This document shows, one piece after another, positions 20,083-29,811 of a DNA stretch of 50,872 nucleotides. Each line of letters opens with the position of its first letter. The first letter of the stretch is position 1. A model generated the notes under the pieces. The model ran no database searches, was not told where the DNA came from, and saw only the letters and a list, made by a program, of their open reading frames with translations. The stretch is from a virus (Duplodnaviria > Caudoviricetes), in the IMG/VR virus record IMGVR_UViG_3300034072_001527, positions 1 through 50,872 of that record; one strand, 5' to 3'. Made by a program: the position numbers and the translations under genes.

Positions 20083-20298
20083 GGCGCCCTCCGTTCAAAT
20101 GGGTTGCATTTGGTCGAAGGGCTAGGGGAGCAAGGCTCCGGCCACTCTATCGTTTTACGCCCGCGGTCGGCGGCTGCATCCGCAGCTGGGCCCGGGGCTG
20201 CTGCCTGAACATCAGGATCGCAGCTAAGCCAGGACTTGGAGCCCTAAAAATCAGTGAGGGGCGACTCGCCGTCAAGCCGCCCCCGCACTTATCCACAG

Positions 20299-21228
20299 TT
20301 ACGCGGCGGCACCCTGTGCCGCGGCCTCGAGCAACCGCTCGTAGCGCGTCCGCTCGGCCGAGCCCGGCACCATGATCTTGCCCGCCAGCGCCGGATCGGC
20401 CTTCATCGCGTTGAGCTCTTCCTGCGCCTGTTGCGGCGACATGCCGAAGCTCTTGCGGTCGCCCTTGATCAGGCTGTCCTCGGTGAAATTGCTGCCCACC
20501 TTGGCCATCGCGTCGAGGAACTTCTCGACGCCCGACGGCATCGCCCGCATGTGATCGACGTCGGCCCGCGTGAAGCCGAGATCTTTCAGCGCGGCGTTGA
20601 CCTGGGCGAGCTTCGCGTCCTTCTCCGCGCCCCAGCTGTTGATGTGGGCATTGGCCTTGGTCTGCAGCTCCTTCACCGCTGCGTCGTATTCGGCCAGCTG
20701 CTGCCCGATCTCGGTCGCGATCAGCTGCTCGGCGACGCCCTTGGGCACGCCGAGCTTGTGCATCTCGGCGAAGATCCGGTCGGTCAGCTCGGTGTTGTAG
20801 GGCACCGGGTTGCCGCTCGCATCCTTGGGCTCGGGCCGGGCATAGTCCTCGGGCTTGTCGGGCACGCCGATCGCCTTGCGGTATTCGGCGATCTCGTCGG
20901 CCGTCGCGCCTTCGCCGGGAACCTTGATCCGGCCGTTCTCGCGCAGCGCCTTCTGGTTGTCGCGGGCGATCTTGGCGAGGCTGGCGACGTCCTTCACCCC
21001 CAGCGACTTGACCCAGTCCTGCAGGCTCGCGCCCTCGCCCTCGCCGGTTTCGGTCGGGAACTGCGCAAGGAACTCGGCCGGCACGTCGCCGCCGCCACCA
21101 CCGCTGCCGGCATCCTCGCTCCCGCCCTCACCGGCAGGCGTCGGGGTCGGCGTCGGGGTCGGCGTGCCGCCACCCTCGCCAATCAGCTGGTCCACCGAGC
21201 CGCTGTCGTCATTATTGTCCAAGGCCAT
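20299..21228 (-). CDS. Capsid scaffolding protein
   Basis: Acidic low-complexity N-terminus with PT repeat; IGVPDKPEDY motif; between portal and capsid. Confidence 0.8.
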   Translation of the reverse strand: MALDNNDDSGSVDQLIGEGGGTPTPTPTPTPAGEGGSEDAGSGGGGGDVPAEFLAQFPTETGEGEGASLQDWVKSLGVKDVASLAKIARDNQKALRENGRIKVPGEGATADEIAEYRKAIGVPDKPEDYARPEPKDASGNPVPYNTELTDRIFAEMHKLGVPKGVAEQLIATEIGQQLAEYDAAVKELQTKANAHINSWGAEKDAKLAQVNAALKDLGFTRADVDHMRAMPSGVEKFLDAMAKVGSNFTEDSLIKGDRKSFGMSPQQAQEELNAMKADPALAGKIMVPGSAERTRYERLLEAAAQGAAA

Positions 21229-21580
21229 CGTCGAGCTCCATCAGTTGTTGAACATCGGTTTCGTTGAGATTGAGCAGGTTGAAGATCTCCTGCACGGTCG
21301 CCCGCGCGCCCTCGCGATAGGCGAGCACGTGCGGATCGGGATCGAAGTTGGAATGCCGGTGATAGCCGGCGCGCTGGCGCAGCGCGGCGAGCACGATCTC
21401 GCCGGCACGGTGCGGCTTGCCATTCTCGCCGAGGAACAGCCAGCGCAGCACCATGCCGAGAAAGAAGCGGCCCAGCACCGCCTTGGCGAACCGCTCGGGC
21501 ACCGCCAGGAACAGGTGCTTGACCTCGCGCGACAGCAGGATCGTGCGCCAGCGCAGCCGGTTGGCCTGGGTGACGCTCAC
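21212..21580 (-). CDS. Bbp19-like phage protein
   Basis: FDPDPHVLAYREGARATVQEI motif; between portal and scaffold. Confidence 0.6.
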   Translation of the reverse strand: MSVTQANRLRWRTILLSREVKHLFLAVPERFAKAVLGRFFLGMVLRWLFLGENGKPHRAGEIVLAALRQRAGYHRHSNFDPDPHVLAYREGARATVQEIFNLLNLNETDVQQLMELDDGLGQ

Positions 21581-23224
21581 CTAGACACCCCCCGCCAGCG
21601 CATCGGCCTGCGCCAGATCCTTGACGGCACCGGCGCCGGTCGCCAGCAGCTCGGCATCGACCGCCGCCTGCTCGGTCTCCTGACGCTGCGCGCGGCGCTG
21701 TGCGACCGCTTCGGGCGTGCGGATCACGCTCCGGCGCACGCCGATATCCTCGAGCGTGGCACGCGCCAGCTCGTCGATATCGACGACGTCGAGCACGCCG
21801 TTGTCGAAGCCCACCAGCGGCGTGATCGCCTCGATCCCGCGCAGATCCTTCTGCACGCTTTCGGCCCGCGCCATCTGCGCCAGCGGGTTCTCGTAATCGA
21901 TCACCGGCCAGGCCCCGGCCTCGCGCACCACCTCGGGGAAGGGGTCGATCTGCCCGGCGCGCAGCGCCAGGTCGAGATCGCGCTGGGTCATCGGGTGCTG
22001 CTTTTCGGTGGCGTAGCGGCTCGCGAACGGCCGCACCAGCACGCCCTGCTTGGCGATCCGCTCGAGCACCTCGGTGGTGGTCATCCGGCTGTTGGGATCG
22101 GTCAGCGTCGCATAGAACTCCTCGAGGAACGCCGTGCGCACCGTCGCCTGCTCGTCCTGGATCATCTCGAGCGTGAACGGGATCCCCGCCTCGCCGCCCG
22201 GCATCTTGGCGATCATCGCCCGCCCGCTCTCGTTGACGAAACCGGGATTGAGCCCGCCCGGCTTGGTGACGATGCTGGTCGCGCCGTAATCGTCGTGGAA
22301 CAGCAGCGGCGGATCGGTGGCCTTGTGCGCAGCGCGCAGCGCCACGTGCTTCATGGTGTTCACGCCCTGGATATTGGGCATCACCTTGAAGGCGGGACTG
22401 CGGCCGTAGATCTCGCCCGCGCTGGTCATGTGCCGCGACACGCTCACCGGCATGGTGAAATAGCCGCGCCGGCGCAGGTAGATCTTCTCGTCGCACGCCA
22501 TGTAGCGGCTGCTGATCGGGAAGCGCCGGAAATCCATCCGGTCGCGGTCCCATTCGGTGTTGGGTGCCACCACGTGGAGGATCTCGAACTTCGTATCGGG
22601 ATCGCCGCCCGGCTCGAGCGCCCTGCGCATCTTTTCGGTCAGCGCTTCCTTGCCGAACATGTCGGCCAGCTGGCGCGCGGTCCGCTCGAACTTGCGGTGC
22701 ACGCGGTTGATCCGGCCGGCGAAATCCTCGTCGATCCAGCATTCGGACAGGTGCAGCGTGCGATAGACCAGCCCCGTCGCGGTCGCTTCCTGCCACAGCG
22801 GGCTCGTGCCGTAGCGGCCGAGCTGATCCCAGTCCTCGTTCACCGCGATCCCGAAGCCGGTATGCGCCGCGTGGCGGATCGCATAGAGGCGCCGCCCGGC
22901 CTTCTCGCACCACAGCTGCACCTCGCGGTCGCGCATCAGCGCATCGTCGAGGAACCGCGGGCGGATATAGTCCTGCTCTTCCGGCGTCGTGATCGCCACC
23001 CCGGCCGCGGCAAACCGCTCGAGCGCCGTGATATGGGTGCTGTCGTAATTGCGCTGGCCGCGGATCGCGCCCGGCGTCGTCTTGTTGAACCCGCCCGCCC
23101 CGTTGGGGAAGCGATCGTCAATCTCGCGCCAGGCATTCTCCCACGGCTTTCTTTCGCTTTCGAGCCGGGCCTGGTCGCGCAGGTCCGCCTTGGCGAGCTC
23201 ACTGTCCTGGATATTCTCGATCAT
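21581..23224 (-). CDS. Portal (head-to-tail connector)
   Basis: 547 aa; GEIYGRSP, DPPL, MTTTEVLER and YENPLAQ motifs of T7/BPP-1-type portals. Confidence 0.92.
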   Translation of the reverse strand: MIENIQDSELAKADLRDQARLESERKPWENAWREIDDRFPNGAGGFNKTTPGAIRGQRNYDSTHITALERFAAAGVAITTPEEQDYIRPRFLDDALMRDREVQLWCEKAGRRLYAIRHAAHTGFGIAVNEDWDQLGRYGTSPLWQEATATGLVYRTLHLSECWIDEDFAGRINRVHRKFERTARQLADMFGKEALTEKMRRALEPGGDPDTKFEILHVVAPNTEWDRDRMDFRRFPISSRYMACDEKIYLRRRGYFTMPVSVSRHMTSAGEIYGRSPAFKVMPNIQGVNTMKHVALRAAHKATDPPLLFHDDYGATSIVTKPGGLNPGFVNESGRAMIAKMPGGEAGIPFTLEMIQDEQATVRTAFLEEFYATLTDPNSRMTTTEVLERIAKQGVLVRPFASRYATEKQHPMTQRDLDLALRAGQIDPFPEVVREAGAWPVIDYENPLAQMARAESVQKDLRGIEAITPLVGFDNGVLDVVDIDELARATLEDIGVRRSVIRTPEAVAQRRAQRQETEQAAVDAELLATGAGAVKDLAQADALAGGV

Positions 23225-23252
23225 CGATCGCTTCCCTTCAACGTGTGGAAAA

Positions 23253-23924
23253 TCAGCGGAAGATCACGCTTCCGGCGAGGTTGACCGTCTGGCCCGCGCC
23301 GATCGCGATCGGCATCGCCATCGGCGACCAGCCCACCTGCAGGCCGTCCACCAGCAGCGCGACGCCGGCGAGCGTGCTCACCGCATTCTCGCCGCCCGGC
23401 CCGAACACCTCGAGCGGTTCGTCGGTGAACAGCAGCTGCCCGCGCGTGAGGCGGAACGCCTTGGGCGAAACCTTGCGCGGCCGGATCCCGGCGAGCTCGG
23501 CCTTGCCGTCGGAAAACGCGAGCACGATCTCCTCGGCACTGTCGATCGCCGTCATCAGCGTGTCCACCGTGACGTCGCGGCCTTTTTCGTCCTGCACGCG
23601 AGGCACCGGCCCCAGCTTGCGCGGCTTCGCCGCTTCCTCGATTTCCTCGATCCGGTTGCGCGCCTTGGTCGCCGCGCCCTTCTGCGATCGCAGCTGGCGC
23701 TTGAGCGCCGCCACCTCGGCTTCGGCGGTTTCCATGCGCTCGCGGATGCTGGCGGCCACCACCGGCAGAACGCGCGCTACGTATTCCGCCTCGCCTTCGC
23801 CGTCGATCGGCGTCACGCCTTCGAACGGCGCGCACAGCGCGTCCGTCAGCGCCTTGACTGCTTCGGTGATTGCAGCGCCGACAGTCGCCGGCGCGGGCTC
23901 CAAATTGTCCTGATTTTTCGACAC
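23253..23924 (-). CDS. Hypothetical protein
   Basis: GTG start with AAAGGA RBS; central coiled coil. Confidence 0.65.
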   Translation of the reverse strand: MSKNQDNLEPAPATVGAAITEAVKALTDALCAPFEGVTPIDGEGEAEYVARVLPVVAASIRERMETAEAEVAALKRQLRSQKGAATKARNRIEEIEEAAKPRKLGPVPRVQDEKGRDVTVDTLMTAIDSAEEIVLAFSDGKAELAGIRPRKVSPKAFRLTRGQLLFTDEPLEVFGPGGENAVSTLAGVALLVDGLQVGWSPMAMPIAIGAGQTVNLAGSVIFR

Positions 23925-23965
23925 AACGAATGTCCTTTCCTGTTGGATTGTTGCTGCCGGCCGCG

Positions 23966-24202
23966 TCAGCTGCCGACGATCAGCCGTCCGAGCCCGCCGG
24001 CCGGTTCACCGCTTGCGCCGACGATGCGATCGGCGCTGGCGCCGCGCCGGCGCGCCAGCTCCTCCTCGCGCTCGGCCTCGAGCGCCGCGTCGTCGCGGGT
24101 CGCGATCCGCGGCTGCACCACCTGCTGCTTGCGCTTCTTGCCGAACAGCGCCCCGATCCCCATGCCGAGCAAACCGCCGGCCGCTTTCACCAGAAAACCC
24201 AT
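23966..24202 (-). CDS. Small basic virion-associated protein
   Basis: MGFLVKAAGGLLGMG...RRRG; AAGGAGG RBS; typical small gene ahead of the portal. Confidence 0.65.
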   Translation of the reverse strand: MGFLVKAAGGLLGMGIGALFGKKRKQQVVQPRIATRDDAALEAEREEELARRRGASADRIVGASGEPAGGLGRLIVGS

Positions 24203-24203
24203 G

Positions 24204-25730
24204 TCAACCTCCTTGATACACGTCGAAATCACTGACGAGCCGGATGGGCGCACTGCGCCGGGGGCGGCCCTGAATGTCCCCGATGACGTGCTCGCCTTCG
24301 AGCGCGGCATATTGCTCCGCATCGCACACGTGGGTGTGGATGGTGTCGGCGATCTCGAGGTGCCCTCGCGTCTCGCCGTCGGAAATCTCGGCCTTGCGGT
24401 AGTGGTAACCGCCCAAATGGCCGCGGATCAGGTGCTTGCAGCTGGCGTCGACCAGGTAGCCGTCGCGCTCGCTCATGGCTGACCAGATCGCCTCGTTGCG
24501 CAGCGTCGGGCGGTTGGTCTTGGCCTTGCGCACCCGGTAGCCCAGCCCCTTCTGGAACGCTCGGATCCAGTCCATCTCGGCGTCGGCGCGATCCTCGGCC
24601 GCCCAGGCTGCCGGATCGCCGACGACGCGCAGATTGTCGGGGTGAAGCTCGGGGAAATTGTCGGCGATCATGGTCCGCACCATCGCCCCGGCCGCAGTCG
24701 GCCCGATCTTCATCAGCGTCTTGCCGTCCTCGCGGAACATTACCGCCTCGCGCAGCGTCCGCAGCTGCCCCATGATCGTGCGCTGGCAGGCGACGGCGGC
24801 CGCAAACAGGCCCTGGTCGACGCCCACGATCAGCGGGCGGCTGCGATCCCAGGCGAGGCCCTCGCGCACATGGGTCTTGTAATCGAACTGGGGGTTGACC
24901 GGCTGCCCGTGCTGCAACGGCACGAACTTGTTGTCGATCATCCGGTCGACATAGCCCGGCCGGTGCCGGTTTGCGGCCGCCTGGATCTGGTAATAGCCCT
25001 TGGGCAGGTTGTGCAGGTTCTCGGCGTCGGGCTCGCGGCCGCCGGGCTGGATGAACACCTCGATCAGCTCGCGGTCGCCCAGCAGCTCGCGCAGCTCTTC
25101 GTCCATCTCGCCGAGGTTTTTCTCGATCGCGAGGCCGTAAACCCAGTTGTCGATCGACGGCGCGTTCAGCGAGAGGATGATCTGCGGATCCACCATCAGA
25201 TCGCGGTCGATCCCGCCGCGGCCGACGCGCCCTGTGAGGAACGACAGCAGCTCGGGCGGCTGCAGGTCCGCCTCGTCGACCATCACCGCGCACACCTGCC
25301 ACCCGCGCGTGACTTCCTCGACGCTGCGGTCCCCGATCGCGCGAAACTCGATCTCGAACTCGCACACGTCGATCGGGTTGCCGTCCTCGTCCTCGGCGAG
25401 GATCAGGTTGAGCCGGTGGGTGTAGGGCTGCTTCCAGGTGAACTTGCCCAGCTCCTCGGGCATCAGGTCGAACCAGCTCTTGAGCGTGTTCTTCTCGAGG
25501 TTCGGATAGGTTTCACGGATCACCCCGACGCGCGCGGTGCGCCACAACACGCCGCGGCCGTCGCGCCGCCCGCCCTGCCGCTCGGCCACGCGCCGCAGCG
25601 CGCGCAGCGCGGTCATGGTCTTGCCCGAACCGACCGGCCCGATGATGATCTTGATGAACGCCCGCGACAGCAGGAACGCATCCGAGATCGGCCCCGGCGA
25701 ATTGAGGCGGCGGGTGATGATCTCGGTCAC
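24204..25730 (-). CDS. terL: Terminase large subunit
   Basis: Walker A GPVGSGKT, Walker B VMVDEA, nuclease GVDQG and HVCDAEQY. Confidence 0.92.
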   Translation of the reverse strand: MTEIITRRLNSPGPISDAFLLSRAFIKIIIGPVGSGKTMTALRALRRVAERQGGRRDGRGVLWRTARVGVIRETYPNLEKNTLKSWFDLMPEELGKFTWKQPYTHRLNLILAEDEDGNPIDVCEFEIEFRAIGDRSVEEVTRGWQVCAVMVDEADLQPPELLSFLTGRVGRGGIDRDLMVDPQIILSLNAPSIDNWVYGLAIEKNLGEMDEELRELLGDRELIEVFIQPGGREPDAENLHNLPKGYYQIQAAANRHRPGYVDRMIDNKFVPLQHGQPVNPQFDYKTHVREGLAWDRSRPLIVGVDQGLFAAAVACQRTIMGQLRTLREAVMFREDGKTLMKIGPTAAGAMVRTMIADNFPELHPDNLRVVGDPAAWAAEDRADAEMDWIRAFQKGLGYRVRKAKTNRPTLRNEAIWSAMSERDGYLVDASCKHLIRGHLGGYHYRKAEISDGETRGHLEIADTIHTHVCDAEQYAALEGEHVIGDIQGRPRRSAPIRLVSDFDVYQGG

Positions 25731-26242
25731 AGCAGCAGCCCCTGCGGCGTGGCTGGCAAAGGAGCATCGCGGCGCGGACGGGCAGCTTCATCTGGCCATG
25801 CAGTCATCCACGGCTTTGCCGGATCGATCGATCCCACTCCGGCCCGACTTTCCCACAAAAACATTCCCAACTGACCGGGGCACGCGATAGGCTCGCAGGC
25901 CGCCGGAGTTTCTAGCTCAAGGCACCACGGGCCGAAAAACCACGGGCTAGAACTTTGCTTGGCAACCGCCGTAATTCGCACGGACCCAATGATTGCTCCG
26001 CGCACCAGCGCATCAGGGCGAGGACATTCCACCCCAATCGAAGCCATGAAGCTCCGCGCGCCCTCGTATTCGTCGCGCGTCATGCCCTTCGAGGCGTGGA
26101 TCGCGACCTGACCCGGAGCGGCCATTGAGCCTTTGGTGATTGCCACCTTCGTTCGGTTCTCGACGTCTTTCCCGCCGTGAATGATCGCCCAAGCCCAAGG
26201 CTGGCGAACCGACAGCGCATATGCGGGCAGAAACTCGCTCAT
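25727..26242 (-). CDS. ASCH-domain protein
   Basis: ALSVRQPWAWAIIHGGKDVENR signature; GAIIGSV; GQLGMF. Confidence 0.8.
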   Translation of the reverse strand: MSEFLPAYALSVRQPWAWAIIHGGKDVENRTKVAITKGSMAAPGQVAIHASKGMTRDEYEGARSFMASIGVECPRPDALVRGAIIGSVRITAVAKQSSSPWFFGPWCLELETPAACEPIACPGQLGMFLWESRAGVGSIDPAKPWMTAWPDEAARPRRDAPLPATPQGLLL

Positions 26243-26835
26243 CCCTCATCCCCTTCTCGAACCGGCAACACCTTGACCGGCGCCTCAAGCAGCCGGTCGC
26301 GCGCCTCGCGCTGGCCGCCGATTTCCTCGACAATGCGCACGCCCTGGATCGTGTGATCGACCTGCACAGGCTGGTCGCCGTGGAAGATCTTGCGCGTCGC
26401 CTCGGCGCAGCGGATGCGGATCGCGCGCGCCTCGGCGAAGGTCATCCGCTTCTTGGGCGGATCGAGCTGGCGCGAGCGTTCGACCATCGCCTCCTCGCTC
26501 TCGCCGAGGATCTTCATCATCACCACCGCCGGATCCGGCCCGAACTGGCGCAGGTAGGCCTGCACGTCGCGGTTGACGCGGTTTTTCGCCCCCTTGGGCC
26601 GCCCTGCCTTGCGCTTCTCGCGCACGTGCCGCAGCACCGTCAGCCCGCCCGGATTGCCGCCGAGCTCTTCATAGGCCTCGGCCGCTTCCTCGGCGGTGAT
26701 CGGATCGTCGTCGAACAGCCCGCCCTGCTCGGCCGCGGCCGCTTCGGCGATCTCGGCATCGATCAGCTTGGCCGCCTCGGCCGCCGCCTGCTCGAGCTCG
26801 ACTTTTCCACCGGGTTTGAACGGGTCAGTTGACAC
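26239..26835 (-). CDS. Probable terminase small subunit
   Basis: GRPKGAKNR motif; first gene of the late operon; GTG start after GGAGG. Confidence 0.6.
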   Translation of the reverse strand: MSTDPFKPGGKVELEQAAAEAAKLIDAEIAEAAAAEQGGLFDDDPITAEEAAEAYEELGGNPGGLTVLRHVREKRKAGRPKGAKNRVNRDVQAYLRQFGPDPAVVMMKILGESEEAMVERSRQLDPPKKRMTFAEARAIRIRCAEATRKIFHGDQPVQVDHTIQGVRIVEEIGGQREARDRLLEAPVKVLPVREGDEG

Positions 26836-27517
26836 GCGCGCCTCCCGCTTTAGCGTGGTTGGTCCGACGCAGCGCCGTATTCCCGGCACCGCAGACGATC
26901 AGGGCCTCACCCCGGCCCGTTGCCGCCACCGCGGCATGGATCGGCGCCCTCACCCTACCCCGACCCGTCAGTCCGGCCTCAGACTTGCCGCGTCCCCGCC
27001 CGCGCGGTGCCTGTGCCGCCGCAAGGCTTCGAGGCGCAGCGGCGCTGCCCGGCGTCGGGCAAGCGGATCCAAATCCTGCCAGTCTGGCGCGCCAGGGTGA
27101 TAGGGATCGGGCTCGGCCGCGATGGGGGCATGGGGGGGTCGGGGCCGATCGGCCCCCGGGGCCCTCGACCAGGGGGCCGGGTCGAAGCCTGTCAGGCTTA
27201 CGCCCAGCGCCAGAAAGCGCAGCAATGGCAATGCCTTGCGCCGATCCTTCCAACGCAAGGCTTCCAACATGCCCGCTCGAGCCCTGCGAAAACGGCAGAA
27301 TTCCGCCATTCCCGCGCTCGCCCTGGACGACGCGCCCCAGCTGCTCGAGCAGCCCGGCCGCGCCCCCGAAAACCCGGAAACTTTTCGCGCCAGTCCCGTG
27401 ATTTTGGCCCCTGCCAGCGCCTCCGACGCCGATCGCGCCGAGCTGCGACCGATATCGCGCCGCTAGAATATCCACCGGCGACCGACCGCGGCCCCCAATC
27501 ACCCGCAGCGCCAAGCC

Positions 27518-27788
27518 GGTTCCCGTCGGGAACCACTCGGGAACCGTTCGGGAACCACTAAACCCTTCTATAACATAGAGAATAGATAGCGGTTCCCAAG
27601 TTCCCGCTTTTTTGCGGAACGCCCTATACGCGCGCGCGCGTGTGCCCGCACGCGCATCTGGCTGCATCCAAAAACCGGGAACCACGGGAACCGGCGCGAT
27701 TATCGAGCAATAACAACGCGCTAGGCGTTCCCCAAGCGGTTCCCGAGCGTTCCCAACGGGAACCACCCCCCGGGCCCAGCTGGTTCCC
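27518..27788. repeat. Iteron cluster, probable phage replication origin
   Basis: 13 copies of GGGAAC/GTTCCC in both orientations (three spaced 11 bp apart at 27528, 27539, 27550) around an AT-rich core at 27559..27589. Confidence 0.7.
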
Positions 27789-27993
27789 GAAACGTGCCAA
27801 TCACTTCCTTGGCAAAGCCAACGGGCCGGGGTGAAAGAGGCCAAGCGACGCGGCGCGATCGGGTCCGGGTTGCACGGCAAAGACGAGGCAGAGCGCGAGC
27901 GCACCGCGACCGCTTCGCGGCCGCTGCTCGCGCGCATTATTGGTTGAGAAATGGCGGTTTCCCGCCATTTGCCGGGATGTTGAAAAAAACCGC

Positions 27994-28029
27994 TTGACAC
28001 GGTTTGTTGTATAACTTTATCAATACAAC
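27994..28029 (+). promoter_or_regulatory. Promoter (-35 TTGACA) with overlapping inverted repeat GTTGTAT-N10-ATACAAC upstream of ardC
   Basis: TTGACA at 27994..27999; repeat arms at 28006..28012 and 28023..28029. Confidence 0.55.
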
Positions 28030-28078
28030 CACAGCGACGGCAATCGGGCCGCGCTGCGATCACAGAGGATCGATCAAC

Positions 28079-29020
28079 ATGGCCAAATTCGACACCTATC
28101 AGGAAGTGACCGACGCCATCCTCGCCCAGCTCGAGGCCGGCAAGAAGCCCTGGCAAAAGCCCTGGCAGGACGGCGGCCTTTCCATGCCGCGCCGCGCCAC
28201 CGGCGAATATTACCGCGGGATCAACGTGCTCTTGCTGTGGGCGAGCGCGATGGAACAAGGCCTCACCGGCGACCGCTGGATGACGTTCAAGCAGGCGATC
28301 GATCTCGGCGCCAGCGTCCGCAAGGGCTCCAAGGGCACCCGCATCGTGTTCTTCAAGCAGCTCACCGTCGAGGACAAGGAGACCGGCGAGGACAAGGCGA
28401 TCCCGATGCTGCGCACCTACGTCGTGTTCAACAGCGACCAGATCGACGGCCTGCCCGACAAATTCGCCAGCGCCCCGATCGTGCCGGCCGAAGGCATCGA
28501 ACGGGACCGGGCGGCCGAGGCTGCGCTGCGCAGCTGCGGCGCCACGATCCAGGAAGGCGGCGCCGGCGCCTACTACACCCCGGCGACCGATATCGTCACC
28601 ATGCCGGATTTCGAGCGCTTCGCCAGCTCGAGCGGCTATCTCGCCACCCTCGCGCACGAGCTGTGCCACTGGACCGGGCACAAGTCGCGCCTCGACCGCT
28701 TCGGCGCCAACACCAAGACGGCCTACGCCTTCGAGGAGCTGGTGGCGGAAATGGGCGCGGCTTTTGTCGGTTCGCGGCTCGGCATCGTGGGCGAGCACAT
28801 CGAAAACCACAGCGCCTATCTCGCCAGCTGGCTCAAGGCCCTGCGCGATGACAAGCGCGCGATCTTCAAGGCTGCGAGCCTTGCCCAGGCCGCGGCCGAC
28901 ATGGTGCTCGCCAACGCCGGCGACGCCCAGCCCGCCAGCACCCCGGCCGAGGCCCCGATCGCGGCCGCCAAGCCCGCCCCGGCGGCCGAGGCGCCCCCGC
29001 AAGCCGCCTTCGCCTTCTGA
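28079..29020 (+). CDS. ardC: ArdC-like antirestriction protein (ssDNA-binding DUF1738 plus zincin domain)
   Basis: YQEVTDAILAQLEAGKKPWQKPW, YRGINVLLLW, WMTFKQA, HELCHWTGH and YAFEELVAE. Confidence 0.92.
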   Translation: MAKFDTYQEVTDAILAQLEAGKKPWQKPWQDGGLSMPRRATGEYYRGINVLLLWASAMEQGLTGDRWMTFKQAIDLGASVRKGSKGTRIVFFKQLTVEDKETGEDKAIPMLRTYVVFNSDQIDGLPDKFASAPIVPAEGIERDRAAEAALRSCGATIQEGGAGAYYTPATDIVTMPDFERFASSSGYLATLAHELCHWTGHKSRLDRFGANTKTAYAFEELVAEMGAAFVGSRLGIVGEHIENHSAYLASWLKALRDDKRAIFKAASLAQAAADMVLANAGDAQPASTPAEAPIAAAKPAPAAEAPPQAAFAF

Positions 29021-29131
29021 CCATCCCTTGCGCCGCCTGGCACCCGCCGGGCGGCCATAGGGACGGCCACCAGGCCCCCCGCACAAGGCGACGGCACAGG
29101 GCCGCGCCTGGTCAAGGAAAGGACCGACACA

Positions 29132-29425
29132 ATGCCCACCAAGCTTGAAGCCCAGCTTGGCCGCAATGGCCTCGCCCCGGATCATAATTATCCGGCGTAC
29201 ATCGCCCGCCTGACGGATCAGAACCAGCATTGGCAGGCGGCCGCCTCGATCGCTGCGCGCTACGGCAACCCGACCGAGGAAGCGGCAATCGACACGTTCA
29301 ACCATCGCCAGGCGAAGCGCGGCTACAGCGAGCCCTCGGAAATCGCTTGCCGCACCGCGATCCTTGCCGGGATCCTCGACCGACTGCCCGCCAACGTGGC
29401 GGCCGAGCTGCGGGAGGCACTTTGA
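29132..29425 (+). CDS. Hypothetical protein
   Basis: AAGGA RBS; high GC3. Confidence 0.65.
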   Translation: MPTKLEAQLGRNGLAPDHNYPAYIARLTDQNQHWQAAASIAARYGNPTEEAAIDTFNHRQAKRGYSEPSEIACRTAILAGILDRLPANVAAELREAL

Positions 29426-29428
29426 GCC

Positions 29429-29779
29429 ATGGCCAAGCTGACCACCTGGACGCCCACCGCCGGCGATATCGTCCACTTTCGCGATGACAAGAACCCGGAA
29501 ATTGCCGGACGCTACCGGCTCGACCTCAAGGACGACGAGCCCGGTTATTTCGCCTTCACCCTGCTCCGCACCGGCAAGGCGCACATGCTGATCAAGCCGT
29601 GCGTGCTGATCGACTGGGAAGAGCGCGGCGTGATCACCCTGATTGATCCGGCCGAGCTCGAGCGCGATCGCAAGGCGCTCGAGCTGCGCAGCCTCGCACC
29701 GCTTCGCGGCCGACGCGCGCAAGCCGACGTCGACGGCCTCGGCCTGTTCGATCGCGTGCGCTCGCCCGCGCTGTTCTAG
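29429..29779 (+). CDS. Hypothetical protein
   Basis: Starts 3 bp after the previous stop; high GC3. Confidence 0.65.
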   Translation: MAKLTTWTPTAGDIVHFRDDKNPEIAGRYRLDLKDDEPGYFAFTLLRTGKAHMLIKPCVLIDWEERGVITLIDPAELERDRKALELRSLAPLRGRRAQADVDGLGLFDRVRSPALF

Positions 29780-29811
29780 CCCGCCACGGGCCGGGGAGGC
29801 CGCGCGCGTCG

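Noticed and set aside
6886-25874. Long plus-strand ORFs (e.g. 6886..9243, 9694..12051, 18412..20208, 20855..23284)
   Set aside because: Antisense shadows of well-supported minus-strand phage genes, caused by high GC3.
27518-27788. CRISPR array
   Set aside because: Repeats are 6-7 bp, in mixed orientation and irregularly spaced, and there are no cas genes.
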